DNA of 61,835 nt, counting the filler, from Kipferlia bialata (taxonomy: Eukaryota), in the NCBI GenBank assembly GCA_003568945.1. It is 2 parts of 2 records of this genome, joined end to end, with 100 filler letters (N's around TTAATTAATTAA, not from the genome) between each part and the next. Parts side by side here need not be neighbours in the genome. Positions count along the whole stretch, not along the records: positions 30,990 to 61,835 come from BDIP01000118.1; 1 more part is not named here. One strand, written 5' to 3'. Shown one piece after another: positions 47,080 to 60,567 of this stretch (position 1 is its first letter; every line of letters starts with the position of its first letter). Below the pieces are notes generated by a model. It did no database searches. It was not told where the DNA came from and saw nothing but the letters and a program-made list of their open reading frames with translations. Position numbers and translations under genes: made by a program.

Positions 47080-50000
47080 CTACTCATCTGACGTGAAGTC
47101 TGGCACCTCAAACTGGTCAGTGATGAAACGTCTGAGCATGATGTCGCTCTCGTTCTCGCCCTCCTACACGGTTAGCTGCATCGTGTAGAAAGAATTACTT
47201 GTATGTATTGAGAGAGTGATAACTTACCTCTAGCCATGCAGCGTAGAGCACGTTGCCGCCTGGTGTCATCCTAATCTGCACCTCGCCAGACTCGTACCCT
47301 GCACCCTTCTGCAGCCACTCTGCTACACTACCAGGGGAGCCATCGTCTTCATTCTTGGGCTTGGCCTGGTCCAGCTCGTTCTGGTCAATAACCTGAAGGT
47401 CATAAAATATGTATTTCCTACACAAAATACCATGGCAGACACATGCATATAGTAACGTATCAATATGTCTCATACCTGTTCGTTCTCGTTGAGACTGGAG
47501 TTCTGGCCCTTGGAGTCTGATGATGTGTTCTGTGGGTGCACGTAGGAGTAGTACGTGTTACCAAAGTCCTGAGATGTCAGACTAGTCGTGTCACTAAATC
47601 GTGTAGTAAACAGAGGATTGAGATACCTTGGTCCATGTGAAGTAGAGGTCCTCCGGGGCTGTATCTCTCTCCTCCACTGTCTTGTTCATGCCAGTCTCCT
47701 CGTCAATCTCGTCGGTCTCAACCTCAACTGAAATGAGCACAGTAACAAAGCATAGTATACCGCTACTGGTCCAAGAAAATGTTAACCATACAGGGTATAT
47801 AATAGCGCACCTGGCTTCCCGTTGTGGGAGGTGCCGAAGGCAAGGTAGATGTGGAAGGGGTTCTGCTTGTCCTCCTTAACCTTCCAAGTACCAGTCTCCG
47901 GGTCCTTGATGGTGCCTGGGGTACCAACAATCTGACGTCAGGCACTGACGCAGGGGTGGCGTGCAAATACGCAAAGAATGTCGTGCGGAGTGTGAGGAAT
48001 GTAGCATCAATAATGTTTGAGTATGTTTGGTTTTCAGATTCAGTCACGTACCCTAGGCTCAATCACTGACTCCTTGGCGTTCTGGAGGAGAGAGATGTTC
48101 TTAGCGGGCTCAAAGACGCCATGGGGGTACTTCTTCGGGTCTGGCTGGTACGAGTGCACGACCTTGATCATTGTCCCTCCCACGTCTGAATCAGCATCGG
48201 CAACCACACTATCAGGGTCCTTCTGGCTGGTGCTGTCGTTGCCGCTACCACTGGACGTTGCGGTTTCATACACCATGACAGAGTCAGCTCCTGAGGGTAA
48301 ACTACTCTCGGGATGAAAAGAACAGGACTTACTGTCTTCTTCTCTCTACTGTAATACTATATACTATATATATACTAATAGTATACCTTCGATGTTGGCA
48401 TAGAGCTCCTCAATAGCCTCCTTCGTGATGATGGCACCGTTAAGAGTGACAGTAGTAGAGTCAGGTGCAGAGTGATCACGGGTGTCGGTACCGTCGAGGA
48501 ACCTGCGTTCTTCAGTGGGAGTGGACAGAATGTCCTGAGTGTCAATTTCTAGTGCAATTAAAGAACCATGTGTACGCATTGACTACAGTAACAGTCACTA
48601 ACCTTGAAGAGATCCACATGCTGGTTCAAGGGGCGCTTGCCAGGGCCGGGTACGGGCTTGCCCTTGTAGTTGGCACCGACGGGCATGGTTGTCCAGGAGG
48701 CACCTCCGTCCCAACTACGCCTGACATAGAAGTCATACCTACGGTTAGGTCTGACACTCCACAGAGAATCTCAGGTCAATATAGCATGAGGCTAATACAG
48801 GCAATACGGATTTTACTCATTCATATTGAAGACTGTACTCACTTGTCGTTGCCGTTGCGGATTGCACCCCAGTTGGGTGTGTGCGAGAATCCAGCGAGGA
48901 TGAAGTCACCTCTGATAGCGCCTCTGTGAGCCCTAGAGCGTAAGTAGACAGTGGAGCGCTAGAGGGTATGTAGAAAGGTTACACAATTTATGGCTAGTGA
49001 TACCTAGCATCGGGTCTTGGGTCGGCATACGACGTGTCAAAGAGGTTAGCCTCTCTCTGAGTGAACAGAAGGGTCTTGTCCTGGTGGTTAGAGATGAACT
49101 ATTCAGCATTTTGGACTCATTATAGATAGTTGCTACTTACTGAAGGTACTTGTCTCACCTCTCCCTTAGGAACGTTGTCGTCCTCCTCATCTGAGTCTGA
49201 GCTACTATCGGAGTCACTGCTACCCCCACCCGCTGGCTTCTCTGCTAGCACCGTGACACTGCTAATGTTCTGTGATGTAAGGCGGGTGATCTCACCATAA
49301 CTCCAGCCATCATCGACTACAGTGTCGCCGTCCACCTCAACCTTGCTCTCATCGAACACCCACTGCTTTCTGTTCTGGGGCTCGATGTATGGGTTGTAAC
49401 AGCGGGTGACCTCCCTCTCTTCAGAACCTGGGGAGAGGGTGACATATCCGTCACTGCCGACTGTCATGATAGGATCAATCACAGTCCGGTAGGTGAAGGC
49501 ATCGACCAGACTAGACTCGACATCGACGTCAAAGACAGTGGGAAGGTAGTCGGCGTCGCCAGGCTGCGCAGTCTGGTTGAGACGGTTAGGGTTGATTCCC
49601 TGGATGGTAAGAGGCTACGTTGCGAATCTGACCCATGTAAAGTATTGGGCAACATGCTCGTACCTTAACCCTAGTGGTCTCTGGACACGTGAAGTACTGG
49701 GCAGCATACGGGTTCCATCCCTTCTTCTGACAGTTAGACTCTCTTACCAGATATGATAGCATATTATTGGTACGTACACATGAGTTGTGCTTCACATCGG
49801 AGTCAAAGAATGTCTCCTTGTCCCACAGGAAAGGCATGGTCCCAGTCCCCTCTAGCTCAGGGTGGTTCTTTTCAAGGAGGCTGATTCTCTGGGCCATGAT
49901 GTCTGAGGGCCGGCCCTGTCCATCTCTACCCTGGGTGTTAGTCTACGCGATATTCAACAGCAATATATGACTCAGCTAGTTACCTGCTTGGACAGCATAA

Positions 50001-53000
50001 CCAAAGGAGTCTGGCACTTGGAAGGAAGGACCAGTCCAACACCTTGCCTGTGGTAAGATGTCCTCATCACGGAAGAGAAATTCACTTCTCCACAAGTGAC
50101 AATTATGACATACTGGTACTTACATGATGAATCTAGGCCTACGAGAGTTCTCGTGTAGGACTTGTCCTCTACCCAGTGCATCAGGGAGCATGAGGCCAGT
50201 GTTGGTCCTGTTACCCTCATCATCCTCTCTAGTCTCTCCTGGAGAGTCAGTCTTCACCCATATGTCTACACCATTGTAGACTGACAAAGATAGTTTCCGT
50301 CGCTTCATATAGAACACATGTCAATGAACTACATGTACATCAGAGCCTATACTATTGTCACCAAGTCGTTACCTAGATAGAGTGGTTCGTAGTAGTATGT
50401 TGACGTGTCGTCCTCATCGGGCTTGATGAGAACAGTCTCCGGCACATTCATCTGGTGCCCACCACTGACATCAGAACCAAATTGAATATCATGTATAACA
50501 TATTCTTCCTAGTCCCACTAATGACACGCAGTAGAGTAACTAACCTTACAATCGGTGGGTATCTGAAGTCGAAGGAGTGGTAGATGATGTTCTTGCCCAC
50601 TTCCTCCGGCTCCGGATGAGGGCTGCCGGTTCCGTCGCCAGAGCCGTCCTGGGCGGGACCGTCACCAGAGTTACCACTGTCGGTATCGCCCTGCGAGCCA
50701 CCCTCACTGGTACCCTCAGGTGGACCGGCACCCATCTGGGTATTAGACATACTATACTATCTAGTAGGGACTATATCAGTATCAGATGAGTTACCTACAC
50801 GGTAGACTGTTGTTGAAATCACTTACCCCCTTAGTCTCTTCGTATGCAAGGATAGCCCAGGCGCCCGTTCTCTTCACATCACCCTCGTCGTAGTAGACGT
50901 ATGTCTGCAGGAAGAGGTTAGGCCTAGAAGCTCCCTTGTCACCGGCAAGAATACGGCCTTGTGTTAGCTAATCTAATAGACTCCACAAAGAGCAGAATTG
51001 TTCACACATGCCAAGGTGATGCAAGAGGAATGAAACTCACTATACACATACTCAATGACACATACCGTCGTCGCTGATGCACACCATCTTCTCATCGCCC
51101 TTCTGGTTGGTGAACCTGGGGTTGGATAACACTACAAAACAAACTCGAATTAGCAGCAGTGGGAGAAGATACACATGATATGATCTGAGACATGATAGAA
51201 GATGGCAACGTGTACTACTTACCTTGACCATCTGGCGTCCGGCTCCACCTGGGATACATCGTAGGATAGCACGTAGCCATCGTCATCGCGGACAACATCG
51301 GTCACACCTCCAGTGACATAGTGCTCTGTCTGCTCTGACAGTAAGAGAAACACAAAATGGCTTATGGAACCGTGATGTGAGTATAATGACCTCCAACATG
51401 GCAGGGTGTGCGATAGTACTCCATAAATGGAGGGGCCTCGTCGTTATCCGCCATGATCTGGAGAGCCCTGTTGCGCTTCAGTGCCCACTCGGGAAGGGTG
51501 TACCCGTACTGGTGCTTACCAACAGTCTTCTCCTTGTCATCGTCGTCGTCGGTGTTGTTCTCCTTAGGTTAGTACAAACAATAGCAAACTAATACCCACA
51601 GAGGTAGAAGGAACATAACACTGATTGATAGTACGTGTGCATGTGTCTGTACTATGTAACCCCACCTGTGTAGGTCCGGTCCAGTCTTCATCGGTGGAGT
51701 TGCCTGTACCCGTTGTCGTGCCGTTATCGCCACCTGCGCCACTGTCCTTAGAGGTCAGTGGGATCCACTTGCCATTTGCATCTGGGGTTAGTTAGGTACT
51801 GAGTGTTTACGGGCTATCTACTCAATCGTCTTCATCTCATTATATACTACGGATAATAGAAATATATAGTAATTTCTGACGTTGAGCACCTAACTCAGGC
51901 AGACCAGCAATGTATGCAGGCTCAGCGTCGGGATCGGCATCGGGGTCCTCCTCGAGAAGCTTGACTTGGAGGTTGGTTGTGTTTAGAACCTGCAAGTGAG
52001 TGTCGGAGCCGGCATCAGAATGGAACTGCAATGGCTTTGAATGGTAGAAGAGTGGTATGAATCCACAAGAGAATTGTATACCTCATTGTCTGACACTCTG
52101 ACTGGGCTGGACATTGGAACCAGCCACCTCATCCTGTTGGAGTACATGGGAGTAGTAGAGAGGGCGTCTGTATCAGTCTCTGTCCCGGAGCCGCCTCCCT
52201 GGGTACCATCAGTAGCGTCTCCATCACTATTACCGGTCTCGCCAGAGAGTTCGTTGCCAGAGTCGTGGTTCTGCATGTAGTAGATGTCAGGCTTGTTCAG
52301 GTTGCCCCACGTGATGTATGAGTACCAGATATCTGGAGTAAGACCAGGTTTACGGCGATGCAATAGAGAGAGGGAACGCTACTAAAAGAGTTGTGTCATA
52401 CCCGTCTTGTGGTTAGTGGTGGCGCCTGTCCAGCCGTCTCCTGGTCCAAGGGCCTTGCCAGTTCTGGTACCTAGCGATCAAATTAGTCAATAACAGTACT
52501 ATACGTGGTGGCGTACACACATACCCTCTGGATCCTCCTGCCAGGCAATGGCGAATCCACCACCCTTGGCTGCTCCTAGGAAGAGCTGCATAGCATCACG
52601 GTTACCAGACGTCACCCTAGGGTAAGAGCATATATACTCTTACTCAGTTATTCACTGTGCAGTCTATGTTACATTGCTGCTATGCATGTGTAGTGAGACT
52701 CGGAGGCGTACCTCTCAGGCTTGCCCCAGATGATCTGGTTCTCGTGGAGGCCTAGAGCGGACTTCTGGAAGTAAGTATTATATACCTAACATAGAAGAGG
52801 CTATGAGGTTCTGACAATGAACTCACCGCCTTAGCGAAGCAACCCTTCCCCTGCAGATCTGTGGCTACCGGGATGATACCACGGCACACCCAGACAGCAT
52901 TGAAGGGGACCTCACCGACCTCTGGGTACCCCTCCTCCGCGTAGTCTGGAGTGAGTATCGCATAAAATAACAATCAACGAAAATACTAACATCATTATCG

Positions 53001-56000
53001 TTCCTAATAGCAAAAATAGACAGTGATACAGGGTACCTACTAGTTTCTGAGGCCCTCCTACTCCAAAGATGTCCTTCTCGTAGTACATACACTTGGCGCT
53101 GTAGGAGTATTCGTCGGTGTGCTCAGCAGGTGGGTCCTCAAGTACAGTCTCAGTGGTCGTGTCTCCATCAGCTGTGCTAGAGGTGGTAGTCAGTGTTGTG
53201 ATGACACTACCAACTGGGATGGACCCATCGTTTCCCATCCCACTCACAACACAGTACTTGCCATCAGTAGGTACTGTGTAAAGGGCTTCACCATCTGTGG
53301 TCTTTGTACGGACCACATCAATTGTCTCAGGGATAGAGTAAGTGGGACTTCCTCCTGAGGTGAGGAATGTGATCAGTGACTGGTTGCATAAACATTACAA
53401 GTAACATCTGTCTCACCCTTGGCATACTTAGACACCCATCCAACGAGAACCTTGTTGCCACGGACCTGGAACCTGAATGAGACATATGAGGTAATAGGAG
53501 GAGGACTGCAATAGAACATACGTACACTGGCTTTGTGACGTGTCCGTAGAATGGCTCCCCGTTGGCATCGATGGAAGACTGGTCGCCGGACCGTGAGATG
53601 TTGGTACGCTTGAAGGTCTCTCCTAATGTGAGAACAACACGACTAATATATCGGAACTCTGCCATGATGAATCCCACGCGTACCATCGTCCATACTCACA
53701 GCACAGTACACATCGTGTGCTCCGGTGTCAGGGTCAGCATCAGCGTAGCAGATCACAATGGGCTTCGCCTTGGTAGTTGTACCGATCATCTCCGTGTCAT
53801 ACACATCCACCAGCTCTGTGACTGTGTTGCCGCTGTCGTCTGTGGTGGTGACTGGTTCCTGCGTGACGACGTCTCTGTAGTAAGAGATGGGGAACCCTCT
53901 CTCACTAGCATCAGACCCCTCGATGATTGTGACTCCGTCTGCGGCAAGGGTGTCGAATTTGAAGTTGGCCTTCTGCGTGTCCACCCTGGGTGAGAAATTA
54001 TGATCGTGTATAATACTATTAGTCTCATTTACTCACCAGATGTCCATCAGATTCATCTTGGCCTTGGCAGAGGCCTCAGAGGCAGTCTTGGAGACATTCT
54101 TGCGGAACATGACCTACTGTGAGTATTTGTTGTTACGGCACCAACCTAGAAATACATATAATATTCAAATGTATACCTTTGATACGTGAGCGTCCAGATT
54201 GCCCTTGGCATCCTGCTTGTTGACCTGGGGTCACTGAACCTACACGATACTTCTCAGACCTGTAACATACTATCCATTACACACGGACAGCCTACGGTAG
54301 TTGACTCATACCTTAGTGATTTGCTCATCGTCCACCTTGTCGGCGTTGTAGGAGGCAAGGGTGATATCGATCACTGCCTCTACCTCCTCATCGTCTGACA
54401 GGCGGAGGCCGTCGGTGTCTGGCGGTAAGACAACATGTAGAGAGAAGAGAGAATGGTACTGTACTAGTAGTCTATCCGTCTGTACCTGGGATTGTGTGGT
54501 CATCGCCCTGCAGGAAGATTGGTGTCTCCCCCTTGGCAGTCATGTCAATGACAGGGTCCTCCTCATCACCATCAAGAGGAAGGTCACGCTGAGCTAGGGT
54601 GAGAAGATTCTGCTTATCCATCATGTAGAAGTGATAATGACATATGATACTGGGTGTCTTTAGCAGATGTTATCATACCGATGACAATCTCCACTGCCGC
54701 GTTGAAGTGGGCAATGATCTCCTCGGAGAGAGTGATCATGCCGAGGTCTCTGGTGGTATCCAGAGACTGCAGAAGACTGGCTACGTTGGCAACCCTGTGG
54801 TCCTGGCGTGAGTATTGACCTCCCATCTCTGTATCGTGAAGAGTTGTTGTGGGTGTAGTGTTTCCATATATGACCTATCGTGTAGTATGAGAATGTACCT
54901 CACTGTCCGATGTGGCAAAGAGGTCGTAGGGTGTGACCTGGTGGTCAAGCACTGCAGTGCCCAGCAGGGTGTCGCCCAAATAGAAGTCACCTGGGTCAGG
55001 ACATACAGAGTACATATACACATACAGAAGCATAACTAAATAGTGACTGGATTTCTCTCACCTGCCTCCCCACTAGCATAGTAGACTGAACCGCTCTCAT
55101 CTGTTGTCTGCTGGCTACTCTCCTCCAGAGTGTCACGGGCAAAGGTGCGCACCCTAGAAGTGAGTTGACAATATATACACATTGGGTATATATATCTTAG
55201 ACCGCGTAGAAAGTGGGGTAATAGTCTCACCTCAGGCCGTGTACAGGGGCATCGATGAAGTGCATGCGTCTGAGCATAGTGGACTGAGACCGTCTGTGCC
55301 CTGCAGCGTGTAGAGTGACATGGTTAACACCGCATAGCAGAGACACGGTGGTCTCATAGTCGACCTCGTTGACAGTGTACTTCATGGTGACATACTCAAT
55401 GAGAGTGCCAGGTGCGGGTGGCACACACTCCTCCTCACACTCACACTCGGTGTCAGAAGTTGCGCCCTGGAGGCCGATATCAGGAGTGCCTGCTGGGACA
55501 GTCTCCGAGGTGTCAGTGTCTGACCCACATCCACACCCGCTACCCTGGCCACCGGACCCATCTCCGTCCCCACCTCCCAGGCCATCTCCACCGCCACTGC
55601 CGGTGTCGATGATGGTCTCCTTGATGAGCGGGTACAGCTCGAAGCATGCATGGCCCTTTCTAGACAGAGGCGACATCATGCTCCCTAGAGGGTCCAAGGC
55701 GTTGGAGGAGGCATCGTAGAACTCAATCTGGGGTTGGTAGAATATCACAGCATATTCGACAATAGAGTAGTTTTTGACGGAGTATCTCAGTAACTCACCT
55801 CCACGTCCTTGGCGGGACCGGACACGTGCACGCACACCATCTGCTTGTAGCAGTCCAGCTGGAAGTCTAGCTCTCTTTGCTCGCATGGACCTAGAGTCTG
55901 CATGTCTGTGAATGGAAGCATCGCGTAGTCTCCATACATCCCAGGGACGTGTACAACCGACACCGTGTAGTGTGTATCAGGATCGGGCAGCTCCTCGAAG

Positions 56001-59000
56001 GAAGCGACACCAGTGGAGTCAGTGAATGCTATGGCAGTGTTACCCTCGAGATCCTCCCACATAATCTTGGCGTCGACTATGGGCCCACAGTTGCAGAATG
56101 GCTTGTCGATAACGAGATTGACAGTGAGGGACCGCTTAACCTTGCAGACGAGATCCACGGAGAGAGTGTTGGGTCCGCAGACATGGTCCCCAGCCCTGGC
56201 CCTGTGCTGATAGAGAGGGTGGGAGTAGACAAGGACAGCGTCGCCGATGTTCATATTGGTCTCGTTGTAGACTCCATTCTCAGAGATACCCTCGTAGGAA
56301 ACACCGTTGATCATGGTGTGGACCTCGACTCCATCCACTAGGGTACCGAAGACGTTGAGGAAGGTGGCGGAGAGAGAGGCGGGCACCTTGCAGGGGAGGA
56401 TGACCTCGACGTACTCAATCTCACACATATCAAGAGTAAACTCAATCCCATACACACCATCGTAGACGGAGGTGTGATCTGGAGTGGCAGAGAGGTGGTA
56501 GGTACCAGCTGGCAGCCCGTCCACACCAACCCTACCAGCATCGTCGGTGTAGGTGGTGACAACAGGGACCACCTCTCCCCACTCATCTGTAGACAGATCT
56601 ACTCCCTCTGCCATATCCTCTGAAGGGACTGGGTAGATGGACACCTCCACGTTGGAGAGAGGGACATCGATCTCGTTGGTGACTGTCACAGACACAAGAC
56701 GGATGCAGTCAACCTCGATACAGGTGTGTGTCTCGCCACAGCCCATGTAGACACTCTGACTGTACTCCTCTCCATCATAGGTGAGTGACACAACTACATC
56801 AGTGATGGGTGTAGAGACGGTGTCTGGCAAGATGTTGAGGCACGTGGCCCCAACACTATCAGTGAGTACTGTCCCTAGTACAGCTCCATACATGTCAGAG
56901 ACAGTCACGGTTTGACCCCCGATACTCGCGACCTCAGCCTCCCCGCACCCTTCACTCACAGAGATGCACAGGCTCTGCAATGGGCATGGAAGAGTCTGGG
57001 TCACAACAGCAGGCCCGCAGCAGGGTACCGTGTAAGCCATACCATCTGAGTACTCTGGGTATCCTTCAACCCCAGCCACAGAGAGAGTGACGGTCCGGCC
57101 CAGTACCTCAGCAGGGAGGTCAGAGAAGAGGGCCTCTCCAGAGAGATCAGTCACCTCAGAGCCAGTGTAGTCACCATCTACAGCAGTCCACGTCACTGTC
57201 GCACCAGAAGCGACACCTGCGAAGGGCTCTGCAGTGTACACGTCGACTGCTAGAGTGGGGGAGTCTGTGCACTCGAGGTAGAGGGTGGCAGTGTTGTCGC
57301 CGCAGTTGAGGGGGAACACGACAGTGAGAGGGGCATACTCATCGGCACAGGCGCTCACGGTGACGTAGAAGGGGGGGATGATATCGGCTACCTCGAAGCA
57401 CGCCACACCAGTGTCATCCGTGACAACAGTCTCGGTCTCTATACCGGTGTCAGTGGATACCATCACAGAGACAGTGGCGTCAGGGATAGCCTCCTCACAG
57501 TCGTTGAGGACAGTCACGCAGAGGGTGGAGTCACAGTGGAGGGACATAAGAGAGGCATCCAGCTCTGCCTCGCCACACATGGGGACAGGGACGGTCTCAG
57601 TCACACCCACGTGCCACTCCTTCTCAAACTCTACACGGATGTAGGAGAAGTCGCCAGCGTAGCCGGTGAGGTCGAGGGAGTAGGTGCCGTCGGCGTTGGA
57701 GAGGGTGCTCTCGAGGGGGGTCAGGTCCCAGGGTGGGTAGCCGGTGACAAGCACACCCTCCAATGGAGTAATAGGATCTGAGGTGTCGTAGACAGAACCA
57801 GCGATGCCGAAGTACTCGCAGGGAGTGACCTCGAGGTAGTAGGGACCACACCTGCCGTCAGGACAATTGAGACAATAGATCATACACAATACAGACGTAC
57901 CCTGTGACAGTTGTGACAGGCTGGCACCCCTGTGTGTCTCTGTCGAAGCACTCACTGTCACATCCAGCTAGGCTGCAGAGGAGGAAGGAGGATGTGTCGG
58001 GGCAGGTGAGGGCATCGTTGCATCTGACCTGGAGTGAGAATATGCACACGCAAACACACGACAGTAATATTTCACCTACTGCTAATAGTGATGCTTCTTC
58101 ATATTGACACATGCTAGATAAATAGTGATATAATACTACACTACCTGCACATCCGTGACAGTGCCGTCGGTCAGGCCGAGAGGGAGGTCCCCCTGGAGGT
58201 AGGAGCAGTTGGCACGGAAGGACTCGAGAGGGCTGCCTGGGAGTGAGATACAACTCGTGATAATAGTAGAGAGAGTAGGAGGCCATCTATATATATAGGC
58301 GATGGGACACTAGCGATATATCTAATGGAGGACACTATTATACCTGCGTTACCGAGGGACTCAGGGAGGGGGGCGTTGAGGTAGTTATTACTGGGGTGAG
58401 GAGGGATAGGGGGGATAGGCATAAACTATACACATACTCTATATCCGTATATATATAGAGAGAGAGAAAGAGAGAGAGAGGAGTACCTGAGGTGCAGGGT
58501 GAGGAGGTTGGGCATGTACCCAATGCACTCGGGGAGGGGACCCACCACCTCGGCATTGTTCATGTTGATGTGGTGCAGGTTGGTGTTCTAGGGTGAGGTT
58601 CAGAGAGACAGAGATGACCAATAGTGAGTGAGGGGTACGCAGGATGTTTAGAATTCGTACAGAGAGGGAGATGTGGGAGGAGAGAGAGAGGGGGAGGAGG
58701 GGAGAGTGTACGGTACACTGTACCTGGCACATCTCGGGGATGAATGCTGTGACCAGGTTGTTGTTCTCGAAGGATAGGAACTCCATAGAGGGCAGGCATC
58801 CAATCTCGGCTGGGAGTGAGAGATATATATGGAAGAGAACACTCTGAATTGTGTGTCTACAGTGTATCTAGTAAGGTACTTACCTGGCAGTCTCCCGCTC
58901 ATGCCAAAGTCCCCCATCCAGAGCCCCATGACACTACCATACTCAGTGCAGTAGACACCTTGCTGGGGTGAGAGAGGGGGGGGGGTCAGCTAACGCGAGA

Positions 59001-59286
59001 TAGAGGGAGAGGGAATGGGTCTACAGTGACTGCTACACGCAATGCACATACAAGGTAAAGAGAAACAAGGGATGTGTATAACAGGTAGTAGCGGACGTAC
59101 CCAGTTGCAGTGGTCTGCGTCTGTCATCCAGCCTGACCCCCCTACCCAGCTAGGACCACCAGTAGCAAAGTAGAGCCTCTCCAAGACATCTCTATCAGTG
59201 ATACCGAGACAGACATCCTCAGCGGAGGCAACGCCCACACAGAGCAGTAGCGCCGCTAGCAGCAAAGCCAACACTCGCAGAGACAT
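47080..59286 (-). CDS. Giant secreted protein: signal peptide + extracellular LRR + tandem Cys-rich beta-sandwich (carboxypeptidase-regulatory/prealbumin-like) modules + bacterial choice-of-anchor O-like region; more than 30 exons
   Basis: Signal peptide MSLRVLALLLAALLLCVGVASA. LRR cap DRDVLERLYFATGGPSW..W..HCNWQGVYC and GRLPAEIGCL. Repeated V.V......I.GATV......TD..G.A.F modules in ORF 55787-57961. C-terminal motifs SMDDG.TFKRTNISRS, DIFGVGGPQK, FAIAWQEDPE, GPGDGWTGA..HKTDIWYSYI, ARAHRGAIRGDF, SVIEP, GEVQIRMTP. Confidence 0.75.
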
Positions 59287-59634
59287 TACGTATCCGCGGG
59301 TTTAGCTATTAGAGGAGGTGTTCGCATATTGTTCCTATTCATTGAGTCAATGAGGGTCGTATTGGAGGGGGTCAACAGCAAGACTCAGATGGTAAACAGA
59401 AACGGCTCAACAGCCAATTGTGTGAACCCTTTGAAGGTACGGACCATTCTTGACAAGATTCTGTAGAGTGGCAAACTGTAGACTGTACAGTGTACAGAAT
59501 TGAATGATATGACATGGTAGATCTTTCAACGAGCGCAAAGCGTCAAGAGCTGTAACAAAAATGAAGAATTCTTTCTTACTAATACCAACCAGTAACTGCC
59601 CTGTATTCTACTCTCTCACTCTCCCACCTCTATT

Positions 59635-60514
59635 TCAATCTATGATATCCCAGACTGCTCTCTCATAGAGCAGTGTCCCGCCCTCACCATGGATCAACAT
59701 GGTGCCTGGGTATTGGTTACACACATATATGTGAAAGTAGATATATGACATCAATCCCAGTCTTGAATTCATCTGTTCCTATCAGCCATGTGTCACTGTC
59801 CTAATTAGTCAGGATGTGGAAATTAATGAAAATTCATACCATAGATCCCATTATGCATTTGCTAGCCCCCTCTGGTACTATCAACACTGGAGGGTATTCA
59901 TATATATACACCAGTATATAGTATAGTATACCTGTGCCCATAAGACATGCATCACCCCTCTGGTGCAATCAGGGCATCCCCTCCCCCCAACCTCTCGCTC
60001 TATATAAAGTAATTACTGTATATATTTACCTGATCCCATTATGCATGTGTCACTGCCCTCGGGGGCTATCAACATTGGAGTATATACATATATATATACC
60101 AGTATATACTATAGTATACCTCTCCCCATTATACATGTGTCACTGCCCTCTGGTGCTATCAGGGCAGCACCCACAATGCCATCAAGGGGGATGTCGGCCT
60201 CATCCCTATGAGTTAGTATATATCCACAGTACACTCATATATCATACTATTACAATGAATCCATCATGCCATCAAGGGGATGTCGCCCTCATCTCTAAGG
60301 GTCAATATATAATGACATTCTTACTATCTAAATACACATATAGGATATTCAGATATAGTATACAGGTCAGTACATACCTCCATGCAGAGTGGGTACCAAT
60401 GTTACCCCTAATGGTATCACATGCAGCACCATTACTAGGGCTAGGTGTAGATGATACTGTCATGGCAGCCTCTGCATCCAGGACATGCACTCTGCCCTCA
60501 TGCCTAGGGTGAGA

Positions 60515-60567
<53 letters not shown>

